A DNA stretch of 64,000 bases, taken from Bacteroidota bacterium (lineage in GTDB: Bacteria; Bacteroidota; Bacteroidia; JACPRZ01). The stretch covers positions 6,855 through 70,854 of the forward strand of contig JACPRZ010000061.1 of assembly GCA_016193485.1 (NCBI GenBank). The letters run 5' to 3'. A program made the position numbers and the translations under genes. Position 1 is the stretch's first letter; each line of letters opens with the position of its first letter. Below are positions 9,547-20,300 of this stretch, piece by piece. Under the pieces are notes generated by a model. The model worked only from the letters and a program-made list of their open reading frames with translations, did not search any database and was not told the origin of the DNA.

Positions 9547-11163
9547 ATGAAAAGGAATCTCCTTCTCTCTCTCCTGGGCGGTATTCTGTTCGGATTCTCC
9601 TGGCCTGCAACAGGCAATATGCCTTTCCTTCTTTTCATAGCATTTGTTCCGTTGCTCCTCATCGAGGATGAATTTTCCGGCAAGCCCTTCCCAAAACCAT
9701 CCCGTCAACTATTCGGCTATGTGTATCTCACTTTCCTCATCTGGAACGGATGGACATCCTGGTGGATTTACTGTGTTTCTGAAGAATTGACGACCAAATT
9801 AATCATTTCTGCAGGAACAGTCACAATAAACTCGCTTCTGATGTCTATTCCCTTTATGGCTTTCCATCTGACTAAAAAATATGTTGGAACGAAAGAGGGG
9901 CTTATAGCGCTTCCGGTTTTTTGGATCACCTTTGAATATTTTCACCACAACTGGGAAGGACCATGGGTATGGCTTACCCTTGGTAACGCATTTGCCAACT
10001 ACCCCCCCCTTGTGCAATGGTATGAATATACCGGCCGGCTTGGCGGTTCTCTGTGGGTAATTATTATCAATATCCTGATTTTCCGGCTGGTAACCACCCT
10101 GGTAATCAGGAGAGAAAAACCGGGCAACATTATCCCTGCCATGCTTCCTCTTGACCTGGTACTCATGATCCCGGTCTTGTTTTCAGTTTTCCGGTACTTA
10201 TCCCGGCATGAGGACTATTCTCCTGTGCATATCACCGCGGTTCAACCCAATATTGATCCTTACAAAAAATTCGATGAAATTTCTCCGCGCGAACAACTTA
10301 ATCAACTGTTGCAATTGGCAACGGAAGGAATTGATTCAACAACCCGCCTGCTTGTCGCTCCCGAAACCGCCCTCACGGAAGATATCTGGGAAAATGATTT
10401 ATCCCGTTCCAACAGCATCAAAGAACTCACGGAATTCCTGAAAAAATATCCCAACCTGAAAATCGTTATCGGGGCGTCAACATACCGGCTGTTTGAACCG
10501 AATGAGCAACTTTCGGAGAGCGCACGCAAATTCCGCGATGCCGATGAATATTACGATGCTTACAATACCGCTTTTTTCCTTGACACTACCGGAAGGATTC
10601 TGATTCACCATAAATCAAAACTCGTTGTCGGCAGTGAAAAATTACTTTTCTCCTGGCTGTTCAAACCGCTTGAAAATTTCGCACTTGACCTGGGCGGCAC
10701 TTCAGGAACGCTTGGCGTTCAGCAGACACGCAACCCCTTCCTCTCTTCTGACGGAAAAATATCGGTGGTTCCGTCCGTTTGTTATGAGTCGGTATTCGGT
10801 GAATACACGGGTGAATACCTCCGCAACGGGGGGGGAATCATTGCCGTTATCACCAATGACGGCTGGTGGGGAAATACTCCCGGGTACAAACAACACTTCG
10901 CTTTTGCGCGCATCCTTGCCATTGAACACCGCAGGAGTATTGTGCAGTCGGCAAATACCGGCATTTCCGGATTTATCAATCAAAGGGGGGACGTAATAAG
11001 CCGTTCTGAATGGTGGCAACCCGTTGCTCTAAAGGAAACATTAAATGAAAATCAAAAACTTACCCCGTATACACGTTATGGTGATTTTTTAGGCAGGATT
11101 TCCTCATTTATTTCCCTGCTTCTTTTCGGATGGACAGTGGTGAACAGGATAAAGAGAAAGTAA
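9547..11163 (+). CDS. lnt: Apolipoprotein N-acyltransferase
   Basis: N-terminal TM helices and a nitrilase triad in PETA, KSKLV and VCYESVF, plus ITNDGWWG and RSIVQSANTGIS. Confidence 0.95.
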   Translation: MKRNLLLSLLGGILFGFSWPATGNMPFLLFIAFVPLLLIEDEFSGKPFPKPSRQLFGYVYLTFLIWNGWTSWWIYCVSEELTTKLIISAGTVTINSLLMSIPFMAFHLTKKYVGTKEGLIALPVFWITFEYFHHNWEGPWVWLTLGNAFANYPPLVQWYEYTGRLGGSLWVIIINILIFRLVTTLVIRREKPGNIIPAMLPLDLVLMIPVLFSVFRYLSRHEDYSPVHITAVQPNIDPYKKFDEISPREQLNQLLQLATEGIDSTTRLLVAPETALTEDIWENDLSRSNSIKELTEFLKKYPNLKIVIGASTYRLFEPNEQLSESARKFRDADEYYDAYNTAFFLDTTGRILIHHKSKLVVGSEKLLFSWLFKPLENFALDLGGTSGTLGVQQTRNPFLSSDGKISVVPSVCYESVFGEYTGEYLRNGGGIIAVITNDGWWGNTPGYKQHFAFARILAIEHRRSIVQSANTGISGFINQRGDVISRSEWWQPVALKETLNENQKLTPYTRYGDFLGRISSFISLLLFGWTVVNRIKRK

Positions 11164-11255
11164 TCTGGCATATCTATGCACCCATGATCACCTGCTGAAA
11201 ATCATCACCTCCGCCACCGCGATATTTTGTACATTCGTCTCCCAAAATTTAAACC

Positions 11256-13523
11256 ATGGCAAAAATCAACAAACAGGAAGCGCTTGATTACCACAGCCAG
11301 GGACGGCCCGGAAAAATTGAAGTTATTCCCATTAAACCGCACAGTACGCAGCGTGATTTATCCCTCGCTTATTCCCCCGGTGTTGCCGAACCATGCCTGG
11401 AAATTCAAAACAATATTGAAAATATTTACAAATACACCACAAAAGGTAACCTGGTTGCGGTAATTTCCAATGGCACTGCCGTACTCGGATTAGGGAATAT
11501 CGGGGCATCAGCATCAAAGCCGGTGATGGAGGGAAAAGGCCTCTTATTTAAAATTTTTGCCGATATAGATGTTTTTGACATTGAGGTTGACCCGGAAGAT
11601 GTGGATAAATTTGTAGAAGTGGTAAAGGCGATAGCGCCAACTTTCGGAGGGATAAACCTTGAAGATATCAAAGCGCCTGAATGTTTTGAAATTGAAAGGC
11701 GCCTGAAAAAGGAACTTGACATCCCTGTAATGCATGACGACCAGCACGGTACGGCAATCATTGCCGGTGCGGCATTGTTGAACGCTCTTGAGGTAACAGG
11801 GAAAAAAATAAGTGAAGTCAGTGTGGTTTTTAACGGTGCAGGGGCCTCGGCAATTTCCTGTGCAAAACTTTTTTTATCGCTCGGTGTTCAGAAAGAAAAT
11901 CTCGTCATGTTTGACAGCAAAGGAGCGCTGCATGTAAGCCGTAAAAATCTTGAACCCAATAAACAGTTCTTCGCCACATCAAAAAATATCGCTTCTCTTT
12001 CTGATGCCCTGAAGGGTTCTGATATTTTTGTCGGCTTGTCGGTCGCAGGGGTGCTGAATGGCGAAATGATTACGGGTATGGCAAAAGACCCGATAATTTT
12101 CGCCCTGGCTAATCCTACTCCGGAAATTTCGTATGAAGAAGCCAAGGCCGCACGGCCTGACGCCATTGTCGCCACAGGCAGATCCGATAATCCAAACCAG
12201 GTAAATAATGTTCTTGGCTTTCCGTATATTTTCCGGGGCGCTTTGGATGTGCGTGCAACCTGCATCAACGAAGAGATGAAACTTGCTGCAGTCCGTGCTA
12301 TTGCCGGACTTGCGCGCGAGCCGGTTCCTGAGATCGTCAATCTTGCCTACAATACCACCAATCTCGTATTCGGTCCGGATATGATAATTCCCAAACCGCT
12401 TGACCCGCGCCTGATAACCTGGGTGGCGCCCGCGGTCGCCAAAGCAGCCATTGACTCTGGTGTTGGACGGCATAAAATATCCGACTGGGATGAATACAAA
12501 TTGTCGCTCGAAAAGCGTCTCGGTCAGGAGAATGCTTTAATACGTCACATCACCAATAAGGCAAAGCACAATCCGAAACGCGTTGTTTTTGCCGAGGCGG
12601 ATCATTATAAAATTCTAAAAGCGGTTGAGATTATTAATGATGAAGGAATTGCTAAACCGATATTGCTGGGAAATGCGGGGCGTATCAAAAAAATGATTGA
12701 CGAATATCATCTCGATATTGATGACGTGCCTATTGTTGACCCGCGCACCAGCGATGAAGAAAAGCGCAACCGCTTTGCCGATCTTTTCTTCAAAAAACGT
12801 CAGCGCAGAGGTTATACTCTTTACGAAGCGCGTAAGGCGATGTCTGAAAGAAATTATTTCGGTGCCATGATGGTTGAAATGGGTGAAGCCGATGCCATGA
12901 TATCAGGGTTGACCCGTAAGTACCCGGATACAATACGACCTGCACTTCAGATAATAGGAACCCTTGAAAATTTCAAAAGAATTGCCGGGATGTATATTCT
13001 TATCACCAAGCAGGGACCTTTTTTCCTTGCCGATACTACCATCAACATCAATCCTTCAGCGGAAGACCTTGCGGAAATAACGGTTCTCACTGCAAGGGCG
13101 GTTCAGCAGTTCAATATCGTTCCGCGTATAGCGCTGCTATCCTATACGAACTTCGGATCCCTGGATGATGAAGAACCCAACAAGGTGAGAAATGCGGTAA
13201 AAATCCTCCGTGAAAATTACCCTGGGATGATTGTTGACGGTGACATCCAGGCGAATTTTGCACTTAACACCGAAATGATACGTGAGCAGTTTCCTTTCAG
13301 CGAACTCGCAAAGGCGCATGCGAATACCTTAATTTTTCCGAACCTTGCTTCGGGAAATATCGCCTATAAAATGATGCAATCAATTGGCGGGGCTGAAGCC
13401 ATCGGACCCATCCTTCTCGGGATGAAGAAACCGGTTCATATACTCCAGTTGGGAAGTTCAGTGCGTGAGATTGTAAATATGGTGACCATTGCAGTTGTTG
13501 ATGCACAGATGAGAAAGCAATAA
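11256..13523 (+). CDS. maeB: NADP-dependent malic enzyme with PTA domain
   Basis: LSLAYSPGVA, GTAVLGLGNIG, HDDQHGTA, NQVNNVLGFP and a C-terminal phosphotransacetylase-like domain. Confidence 0.97.
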   Translation: MAKINKQEALDYHSQGRPGKIEVIPIKPHSTQRDLSLAYSPGVAEPCLEIQNNIENIYKYTTKGNLVAVISNGTAVLGLGNIGASASKPVMEGKGLLFKIFADIDVFDIEVDPEDVDKFVEVVKAIAPTFGGINLEDIKAPECFEIERRLKKELDIPVMHDDQHGTAIIAGAALLNALEVTGKKISEVSVVFNGAGASAISCAKLFLSLGVQKENLVMFDSKGALHVSRKNLEPNKQFFATSKNIASLSDALKGSDIFVGLSVAGVLNGEMITGMAKDPIIFALANPTPEISYEEAKAARPDAIVATGRSDNPNQVNNVLGFPYIFRGALDVRATCINEEMKLAAVRAIAGLAREPVPEIVNLAYNTTNLVFGPDMIIPKPLDPRLITWVAPAVAKAAIDSGVGRHKISDWDEYKLSLEKRLGQENALIRHITNKAKHNPKRVVFAEADHYKILKAVEIINDEGIAKPILLGNAGRIKKMIDEYHLDIDDVPIVDPRTSDEEKRNRFADLFFKKRQRRGYTLYEARKAMSERNYFGAMMVEMGEADAMISGLTRKYPDTIRPALQIIGTLENFKRIAGMYILITKQGPFFLADTTININPSAEDLAEITVLTARAVQQFNIVPRIALLSYTNFGSLDDEEPNKVRNAVKILRENYPGMIVDGDIQANFALNTEMIREQFPFSELAKAHANTLIFPNLASGNIAYKMMQSIGGAEAIGPILLGMKKPVHILQLGSSVREIVNMVTIAVVDAQMRKQ

Positions 13524-13525
13524 GA

Positions 13526-13610
13526 AGTCCCAATATCCAAGTCCCAAGCACCAAGTCCCAGTATTTTCACTTGAAACTCTTGGGACTTGTAATTTGGGAC
13601 TTGGGACTTG
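13526..13610. repeat. Inverted AAGTCCC/GGGACTT heptamer array (long hairpin between convergent genes, probable bidirectional terminator)
   Basis: aagtcccaatatccaagtcccaagcaccaagtccca ... tgggacttgtaatttgggacttgggactt. Confidence 0.8.
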
Positions 13611-13612
13611 TA

Positions 13613-14239
13613 TTACTTTGTCAGGTACTCCGCCACTCCCTCATGCGTTGCTTTCATGGCTTTCTTCCCTTTAGTCCAGTTGGCAGGGCAAACTTCTCCG
13701 TTCTCTTCGTTAAACTGCAATGCATCCACCATCCTGAGCGCTTCGTCAACGTTTCTGCCAAGAGGCATATCATTGATCAGTTCATGGCGGACGATACCGT
13801 TCTTGTCAATTAAAAACAGTCCGCGATAGGCGACCATGCTGCCTGTAGCGGCCAACTCACCGGTCCCGTTGAATTTATATTCTCCGGCAAGAACTCCGTA
13901 ATTTGATGAAATTGTTTTAGTCGTATCGGCAACTACCGGGTATGTAATGCCTTTAATGCCCCCCTGGTGTTTATCCATCTGGAGCCAACCCCAGTGGCTT
14001 TGTTCAGTATCGGTTGAACAGGCGACCACCGCACAATTTCTTTTTTCAAATTCCTTCAGCGCTTCCTGGAAGGCGTGAAGTTCGGTGGGGCAGACAAAGG
14101 TAAAATCCTTCGGGTAGAAAAAGAATACTACATACTTTTTCCCGCGGTATTGCTCAAGCGAAAAATCGCTGACAATATCTCTTCCGTTCAGCACAACGCT
14201 TGCCGTGAAAACAGGCGCTTTTTTTCCTACTAGTGACAT
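13613..14239 (-). CDS. ahpC: 2-Cys peroxiredoxin
   Basis: FYPKDFTFVCPTE and EVCPANW motifs. TATCTTTG promoter at 14267-14274. Confidence 0.92.
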   Translation of the reverse strand: MSLVGKKAPVFTASVVLNGRDIVSDFSLEQYRGKKYVVFFFYPKDFTFVCPTELHAFQEALKEFEKRNCAVVACSTDTEQSHWGWLQMDKHQGGIKGITYPVVADTTKTISSNYGVLAGEYKFNGTGELAATGSMVAYRGLFLIDKNGIVRHELINDMPLGRNVDEALRMVDALQFNEENGEVCPANWTKGKKAMKATHEGVAEYLTK

Positions 14240-14322
14240 GTAATTAAGTTTAATTGGTTAATGGGGCAAAGATATTAAAATATTATCCGGCAATAATAAA
14301 TGTCTTATAGAAAACACAATAA

Positions 14323-14721
14323 TCATTCACACTCACACTGATAACTTTTCAGTAAATCAATGACCGTTATTAATTTTGAAACAGTGTCGCAGTTGCCAAC
14401 AATTGCCCGTATGTGTTGCCCCTCATGTGATATTCCCTCAACGGCATAAGACGGGCATGGTTTGCTGCGTACGCGGCTTTTTCTGAAATTGACTTTTCCT
14501 CTTTTCAATATTTCGCGCACTTCTGCCTCAGTAATCTCCCTGCAATCCATACGGCACAGAGCATGTCTGGTAAACCGGAGGGGCCTGGAGTTGAGGATTT
14601 CAATGACTGCATCACCGGGAAAAAGTTTGGGAAAGGAACGATCCCTGAATAGAAAATAGACAATAATTAAACCAAGGGTGAATCCCGTAAGGTAAACTGA
14701 AAGTTTTCGGATAAAGGTCAA
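14323..14721 (-). CDS. DUF4258 domain protein
   Basis: N-terminal TM helix, then TRHALCRMDCREIT and PCPSYAVEG. TTG start. Confidence 0.8.
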   Translation of the reverse strand: MTFIRKLSVYLTGFTLGLIIVYFLFRDRSFPKLFPGDAVIEILNSRPLRFTRHALCRMDCREITEAEVREILKRGKVNFRKSRVRSKPCPSYAVEGISHEGQHIRAIVGNCDTVSKLITVIDLLKSYQCECE

Positions 14722-14810
14722 GGAAAAGTGGAAACTGAATGGAAACTTGGTCGAAATTGGATTGAAACTGAGTTGAAACTATAAAGAAATTGGATTGAAA
14801 CGATTGTATT

Positions 14811-15659
14811 TCAATCCTTCAGTGAAACTCTCTTAAACGCAGTCACCGTAAGTCCCTTCTCCGTTTCATCGAGGTACTGTTTTACTGATTTTTTTTCATC
14901 GCGAACATAAGATTGGTTGAGAAGGGTATAGTCCCGGTAAAATTTATTCAGTTTGCCCTGGGCTATTTTTTCAAGCATGGCTTCGGGTTTCCCTTCTGAA
15001 CGCGCCTGTTCTTTCCCGATCTCAATTTCCTTTTCAAGAATCTTCGCATCCACATCGCTACGGTCAAGGGCGATGGGATTCATTGCAGCCACCTGCATGG
15101 CTATTTCCTTCCCCGCTTCATCCATTTTTCCGGATGCTTCCCTGTTAAACCCGATGAGGGAAACAATTTTATTTCCCGGATGATTGTACGCATATACGCT
15201 GCCAGCGGAAATTTTTTCATACCTGGACACTTCCATTTTCTCGCCAATTTTTCCCATCAGATTTGTTATGGCTTCTTCTACCGTATCCTGCCCTGTTTTC
15301 AGTTTTTTCAGATCGGAATCCGTTGCCGGCAACTCTTTTATTGCCACGCGTGTGATATTTTGAGCAAGTGTGGTGAATTCCCCGTTTTTTGCTACAAAGT
15401 CGGTTTCACAATTCAACGAGACGATTACCCCGTTTTTTTTGTCATCGGAAACAAGACCAAGGACAAACCCTTCCTTTGCCTGCCTGTCACCCCGGTTAAC
15501 GGCAATTTTCTGTCCTTTTTTACGGAGGATTTCAACCGCTTTCTCAAAATCACCACCGGCTTCGGTAAGGGCTTTTTTGCAATCCATCATGCCAAGGCCT
15601 GTTTGCTGGCGAAGTTTGTTTACATCGCTGGCGGAAATTTTCAATGTCGCTGTTTCCAT
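14811..15659 (-). CDS. tsf: Elongation factor Ts
   Basis: VNKLRQQTGLGMMDCKKAL and LNCETDFVAKN. Confidence 0.98.
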   Translation of the reverse strand: METATLKISASDVNKLRQQTGLGMMDCKKALTEAGGDFEKAVEILRKKGQKIAVNRGDRQAKEGFVLGLVSDDKKNGVIVSLNCETDFVAKNGEFTTLAQNITRVAIKELPATDSDLKKLKTGQDTVEEAITNLMGKIGEKMEVSRYEKISAGSVYAYNHPGNKIVSLIGFNREASGKMDEAGKEIAMQVAAMNPIALDRSDVDAKILEKEIEIGKEQARSEGKPEAMLEKIAQGKLNKFYRDYTLLNQSYVRDEKKSVKQYLDETEKGLTVTAFKRVSLKD

Positions 15660-15715
15660 TTTTGAAATAAATTTTGGTTACTATTCACTCCCCTATTAGT
15701 ATATGAAAATTTCTT

Positions 15716-15791
15716 GCCACAAAGGCACAAAGACACAAGGGGTTCACCAAGAAATTCTTTGTGTTTCTTAGTGACTTGGTGTCTTTGTGGC
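15716..15791. repeat. GCCAC...GTGGC inverted-repeat element, copy 1 of 3 (others at 36884..36976 and 63160..63232)
   Basis: GCCACAAAGGCACAAAGACAC ... GTGACTTGGTGTCTTTGTGGC. Confidence 0.75.
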
Positions 15792-15857
15792 AGGTATTTT
15801 TGTGAGGGGTGAACAGTAACCTGATTTTTTGATTTACCAAAGTAGGATTGGATGAAA

Positions 15858-16739
15858 TCAGTTTTCGTTTTTATCGCCTTTTTCACCGGCAGCAATTGTT
15901 TCGATGGTTTTTTCCGGTTCTTCCTTTTGGGTTTTATCTCCCGGTTCCTCATTCTGATCTTTGCTTACTGGCGCCTGCTGCCCGGATGGCGCGGCTTCTG
16001 CTTTTTTCTCCTTTTCCTTTTCCCGTGCCGCTGTCTCGGCATCGCGTTCTTCCCTGCGTTCGGTAAGTCCTTCATTGACTGCATTTGTTACTACCGACAG
16101 GATATACGAAACAGAACTGACCGCGTCATCATTTGCCGGGATCGGAAAATCAACCAGTTCGGGATTGGAATTGGTATCCACTATGGCAAATGTCGGGATG
16201 TTCAGTTTGCGCGCTTCGGCCAGGGCGATGTGTTCCCTCCGGATATCCACCACAAAAATAGCGGCCGGAAGCCGGGTCATATCGGCTATACTTGCAAGGT
16301 TCTTTTCAAGTTTTCCCTTCTGGCGCATGATGTGTAGCCGTTCTCTTTTGGCAACAGAAGCGAATGTTCCGTCCTTGGACATTTTATCCAACTGCGACAT
16401 TTTTTTGATGCTCTTGCGGATGGTATGAAAATTAGTGAGCATCCCACCTGGCCAACGTTCGGTCACATAAGGCATATTAAGCGGTTTTACCGACTGTTCG
16501 ACAAGCGGTTTTGCCTGCTTTTTCGTTGAGACAAATAGAATTTTCCTTCCCGATTTGGCAATCTGTTTCAGGGCATTGGATGCTTCCTCAAGTTTTACAA
16601 CGGTTTTGTTGAGGTCTATTACATGAATTCCCTGCCGTTCCATGAAAACATAGGGAGCCATGTTGGGATGCCACTTCCGCGTCAAATGACCGAAGTGTAC
16701 GCCTGCTGATAAAAGTTCTTCGTAGGTTGCTCTGGGCAT
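15858..16739 (-). CDS. rpsB: 30S ribosomal protein S2
   Basis: AGVHFGHLTRKWHP, RWPGGMLTNF and PIPANDDA, with a long acidic tail. Confidence 0.98.
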   Translation of the reverse strand: MPRATYEELLSAGVHFGHLTRKWHPNMAPYVFMERQGIHVIDLNKTVVKLEEASNALKQIAKSGRKILFVSTKKQAKPLVEQSVKPLNMPYVTERWPGGMLTNFHTIRKSIKKMSQLDKMSKDGTFASVAKRERLHIMRQKGKLEKNLASIADMTRLPAAIFVVDIRREHIALAEARKLNIPTFAIVDTNSNPELVDFPIPANDDAVSSVSYILSVVTNAVNEGLTERREERDAETAAREKEKEKKAEAAPSGQQAPVSKDQNEEPGDKTQKEEPEKTIETIAAGEKGDKNEN

Positions 16740-16832
16740 TATTATGAGTTTAAAGTTTATTAATTGAATTCAGAAATAATAGTCAGTAATTTATTTTTCC
16801 CTGTCTCCTGTCTTCTGTTCCCTGTCTCCTCA

Positions 16833-17222
16833 TTACCTCTTAGTGAACTGGAATCCTTTCCTCGCCTTTTTCTTTCCGAATTTTTTCCGTTCCACTTTTC
16901 TCGGATCGCGGGTAAGAAAATGTTCGCTTTTTAATTTGGGTTTCAACTCGGGGTTGACTTTTACCAGCGCCCTGGCAATGGCTAACCGTAATGCTTCGGC
17001 CTGCCCGGTAGTTCCACCGCCTTCTATACGGGCATCAATATCATAAGCGCCTGCCACCCCGGCAACGGTGATGGGTTGGTTTACTTTATATTGCAGGATG
17101 GATGTCGGAAAATAATTTTTTACCTCCCGGTTATTTATCCGTATTATTCCGCTGCCTTTTTTCAAAAACAAACGGACTACCGATGCCTTCCTCCTTCCTA
17201 TTGTGCGAATGGTATCCTCCAT
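16833..17222 (-). CDS. rpsI: 30S ribosomal protein S9
   Basis: GRRKASV, GGGTTGQAEA and LTRDPRKVERKKFG...QFTKR. Confidence 0.97.
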   Translation of the reverse strand: MEDTIRTIGRRKASVVRLFLKKGSGIIRINNREVKNYFPTSILQYKVNQPITVAGVAGAYDIDARIEGGGTTGQAEALRLAIARALVKVNPELKPKLKSEHFLTRDPRKVERKKFGKKKARKGFQFTKR

Positions 17223-17274
17223 GAAATCATTGGTTTAAAAGTAGTGATGTTTAATGCCTTTTTAAAAAGGGGTG

Positions 17275-17282
17275 CAAATATA
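17275..17282 (-). promoter_or_regulatory. -7 promoter (TATATTTG) directly upstream of rpsI
   Basis: TAnnTTTG followed by CA, about 53 nt before the rpsI ATG. Confidence 0.7.
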
Positions 17283-17355
17283 GGAAAAAAAGAATTCCAT
17301 GATCCTTATTTATGGATTCAGGATATAGCATGCATCCCATACCTAAATTTCAACC

Positions 17356-20300
17356 ATGAACACCAAAAACCTTATTACCGTACCGGTTGCCGGATTAGCG
17401 CTGGTCGGCTCACTCAGTTGGGTCAATCCCACTGAAGAAATTGTCACTTACACCAATGAAGTGATACGGGAAATTAAAACAAAGTTTGACGCGTTTTTTG
17501 ATCGCGTCCCCGAAGACCGCGTTTACCTTCATTTTGACAAACCCTTTTACGAACCGGGCGAAACCATCTGGTTTGCCGCCTACCTGCGTGACGGTAAAAC
17601 CCTGAAACCTTCATCGCAAAGCGATATCGTTCATGTTGAGTTTATTAATCCGAAAGGAAGCGCTGAACGCCATATAAAACTTATTGCGCATAACGGAAAA
17701 GCAGCGGGCGATTTTACCCTTGATCCTGAAATAGCGGGTGGACTTTATAAAATAAAGGCGTACACTCAATGGCAGAAAAACGAGGGTGAAAACAACTGCT
17801 TTGAGAAAGAAATACAGGTGCAGGACTTTGTGCTTCCGAATCTAAAAATGAAACTTGATTTTGAACGAAAAGCGTTTGGCGCAGGCGATGAAGTGATTGC
17901 CAAACTTGAAGTGCAGACCAATGAAAACAATCCGCTTCCGGCTCATAAAATACGCATTGCTGCAAACCTGAAAGGCGAAAAATTTTATGAAGGAGATCAA
18001 ATCACCGATGCTGCAGGAATGCGCTTCATCAGATTTAAACTCCCCGAAAAACTTGAAACAGCGGACGGATTGCTCAATGTCATGATTGATTATATGGGGC
18101 AGACCGAATCGGTCTCACGCTCCATTCCCATCATCCTTAACAAAATCAAATTCCAGATATTGCCTGAAGGAGGCGACCTGGTTGCCGGTATTGAAAGCAG
18201 GGTGGCGTTCAGGGCAGTGAATGAATTCGGTAAGCCGGCCGATGTTGAAGGGATTGTAATTTCTTCAACAGGGAAACAGGTTGCAAAATTTTCAAGTATT
18301 CACCAGGGCATGGGCGACTTCTCCCTTTCACCGCAGGAAAACGAAAAATATGTTGTGCGGATAACAAAACCCGAGGGGATAAAAGATGCGTTTGAACTTC
18401 CGGAAGCGCTTCCGCGCGGGTTTACGATGCATATAGATAATTCCAATAATGAAGAACTTTATATTCAGATTTCTTCTACTGAAACCGAAAACCTTTCCAT
18501 TGCAGCGCAACTGCGTGGAAAAATTTATCATTCCGCTTCAATAATGGCAAAACCGGGATTGAATCATTTATCCGTCCCGAAAAATATTTTCCCTGCGGGT
18601 GTCGCTCAATTCACCCTTTTTGACGGCAAGGGAATCCCGCGTGCCGAACGGCTCGTGTTTGTAAATCAGAATAAACAGTTGCAGGTCTCTGTTGAAACGG
18701 ATAAAGAAAAATACCTTCCGCGTGAAAAAGTCAATCTTACCCTTTCCGTCAAAGATGAGAGGGGAATCCCGATGCCGGCAAATTTTTCACTCGCAGTGGT
18801 AAATGACCAGTTGCTCTCATTTGCCGATGATAAATCAGGTAATATCCTTACAAAACTCCTCCTGGAAAATGACCTGAAAGAAAAAGTTGAAGAACCGCTG
18901 TTTTATTTCAAAAAAGATGAACCGAAAGCAGTCAGGGCGCTCGACCTGCTGCTGATGACTTCCGGATGGAGAAGATATACATGGAAAGAAATTCTTGAAG
19001 ATGAAATGCCGCAGATGGCTTATGAAGGTGAAAAAGCAATTATTGCCGGTTTTATACGCGATGCTTATACAGGTAAGGCGGTTCCGGATGCATCCATTAT
19101 CACAGGGAACAATAAATTTTTATTCAAAACCGATTCAACCGGGAATTTTTCAATTGCAAATATTGATCTTTTCCAACCGCTGAATCTTTTGATAAGCGCC
19201 AGCGGTTACAACCGGCAGAATTATCCTGTTTACGACTATAACAGGAACCTGACTTTCTATCTTTACAACAACCGCTATTACAATCAATGGTGGGATATGC
19301 CGGCATCGCAGGCAATGGGAGGAGGAGAGGCAGGAGTACTTGAAGAGGACAGGGTTATTGCAAGGAATGTCCGCGGTGGCGCGCTGAAACCTGCTGCGGC
19401 AAGAATACCGGTAAACAGGATGATGGCATTTGATAAGAGTGCAAAAGCGGAACCGGTTGGTGATTTACAAAGAATTGAAAACGAAGAAAACAAAAATGAT
19501 GAAGTAAAAAAAAGAAAGGTTTCGCAGTCGCTCCGGGTAAATGACCGGAGGGGACTGATGATCCAGGGAAAAACGGTGGCGGAAAAGGAACAACAGGGAA
19601 ATGTTGTCGCCTACTACTGCGCAAAGGAATTTGTATCTCCGGTTTACGACAAGGTTGAAACACCTGAAATGCGCACCGATTTCCGGTCAACCATTTACTG
19701 GAACCCATCTGTTGATATTGACCGATCCGGGAAAAAAACCATTGAGTTTTACAATTCGGATGATATTACTTCTTTCCGTGTAACTGCCGAGGGCATTGCT
19801 GCAGACGGAATGGTCGGGCAATCTCAAAAAACATTTTTTACCCAGTTGCCTTTTTCAATGACCGTAAAAGCGCCTGTTGAAGCGGTTACGGATGATATTG
19901 TTGCAATACCGCTGACGTTGAAAAATAACACTGACCGGCCTGTCAGCGGGCTATTAAAAGTAAAAGTTCCGTCAGAACTCCTCGCACTCGAAACAACACC
20001 GGAACTGCAAGTGCTTGGAGCAGGTAAAGCGAAAACAATTTTCCTGAAATACAGGGTAAACCATACAGTAGCCAATGGAAGCATTGAAGTTGTTTTCACC
20101 GCCTGCGGATTGTCAGATGCATTCAGCAGCCCTCTGAAAATCGTACCGCGCGGATTTCCTGTGTCGGTATCTTTTTCGGGACAGGAAAAGGAAGCGGAAT
20201 ATGAAATTCATATCCGCAACCTCGTGAAGGGCTCACTCATAGCAAAATTCACAGCATTCCCATCGGTGGTAAGTGATCTGATTTCTGGGGTTGAAAGCAT

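Noticed and set aside
15475-15490. GCCTGCCTG matches in tsf (also at 42254, 49724, 57013 and 58467) as copies of the 21-bp element
   Set aside because: They have no second arm and the residues fit the native proteins.
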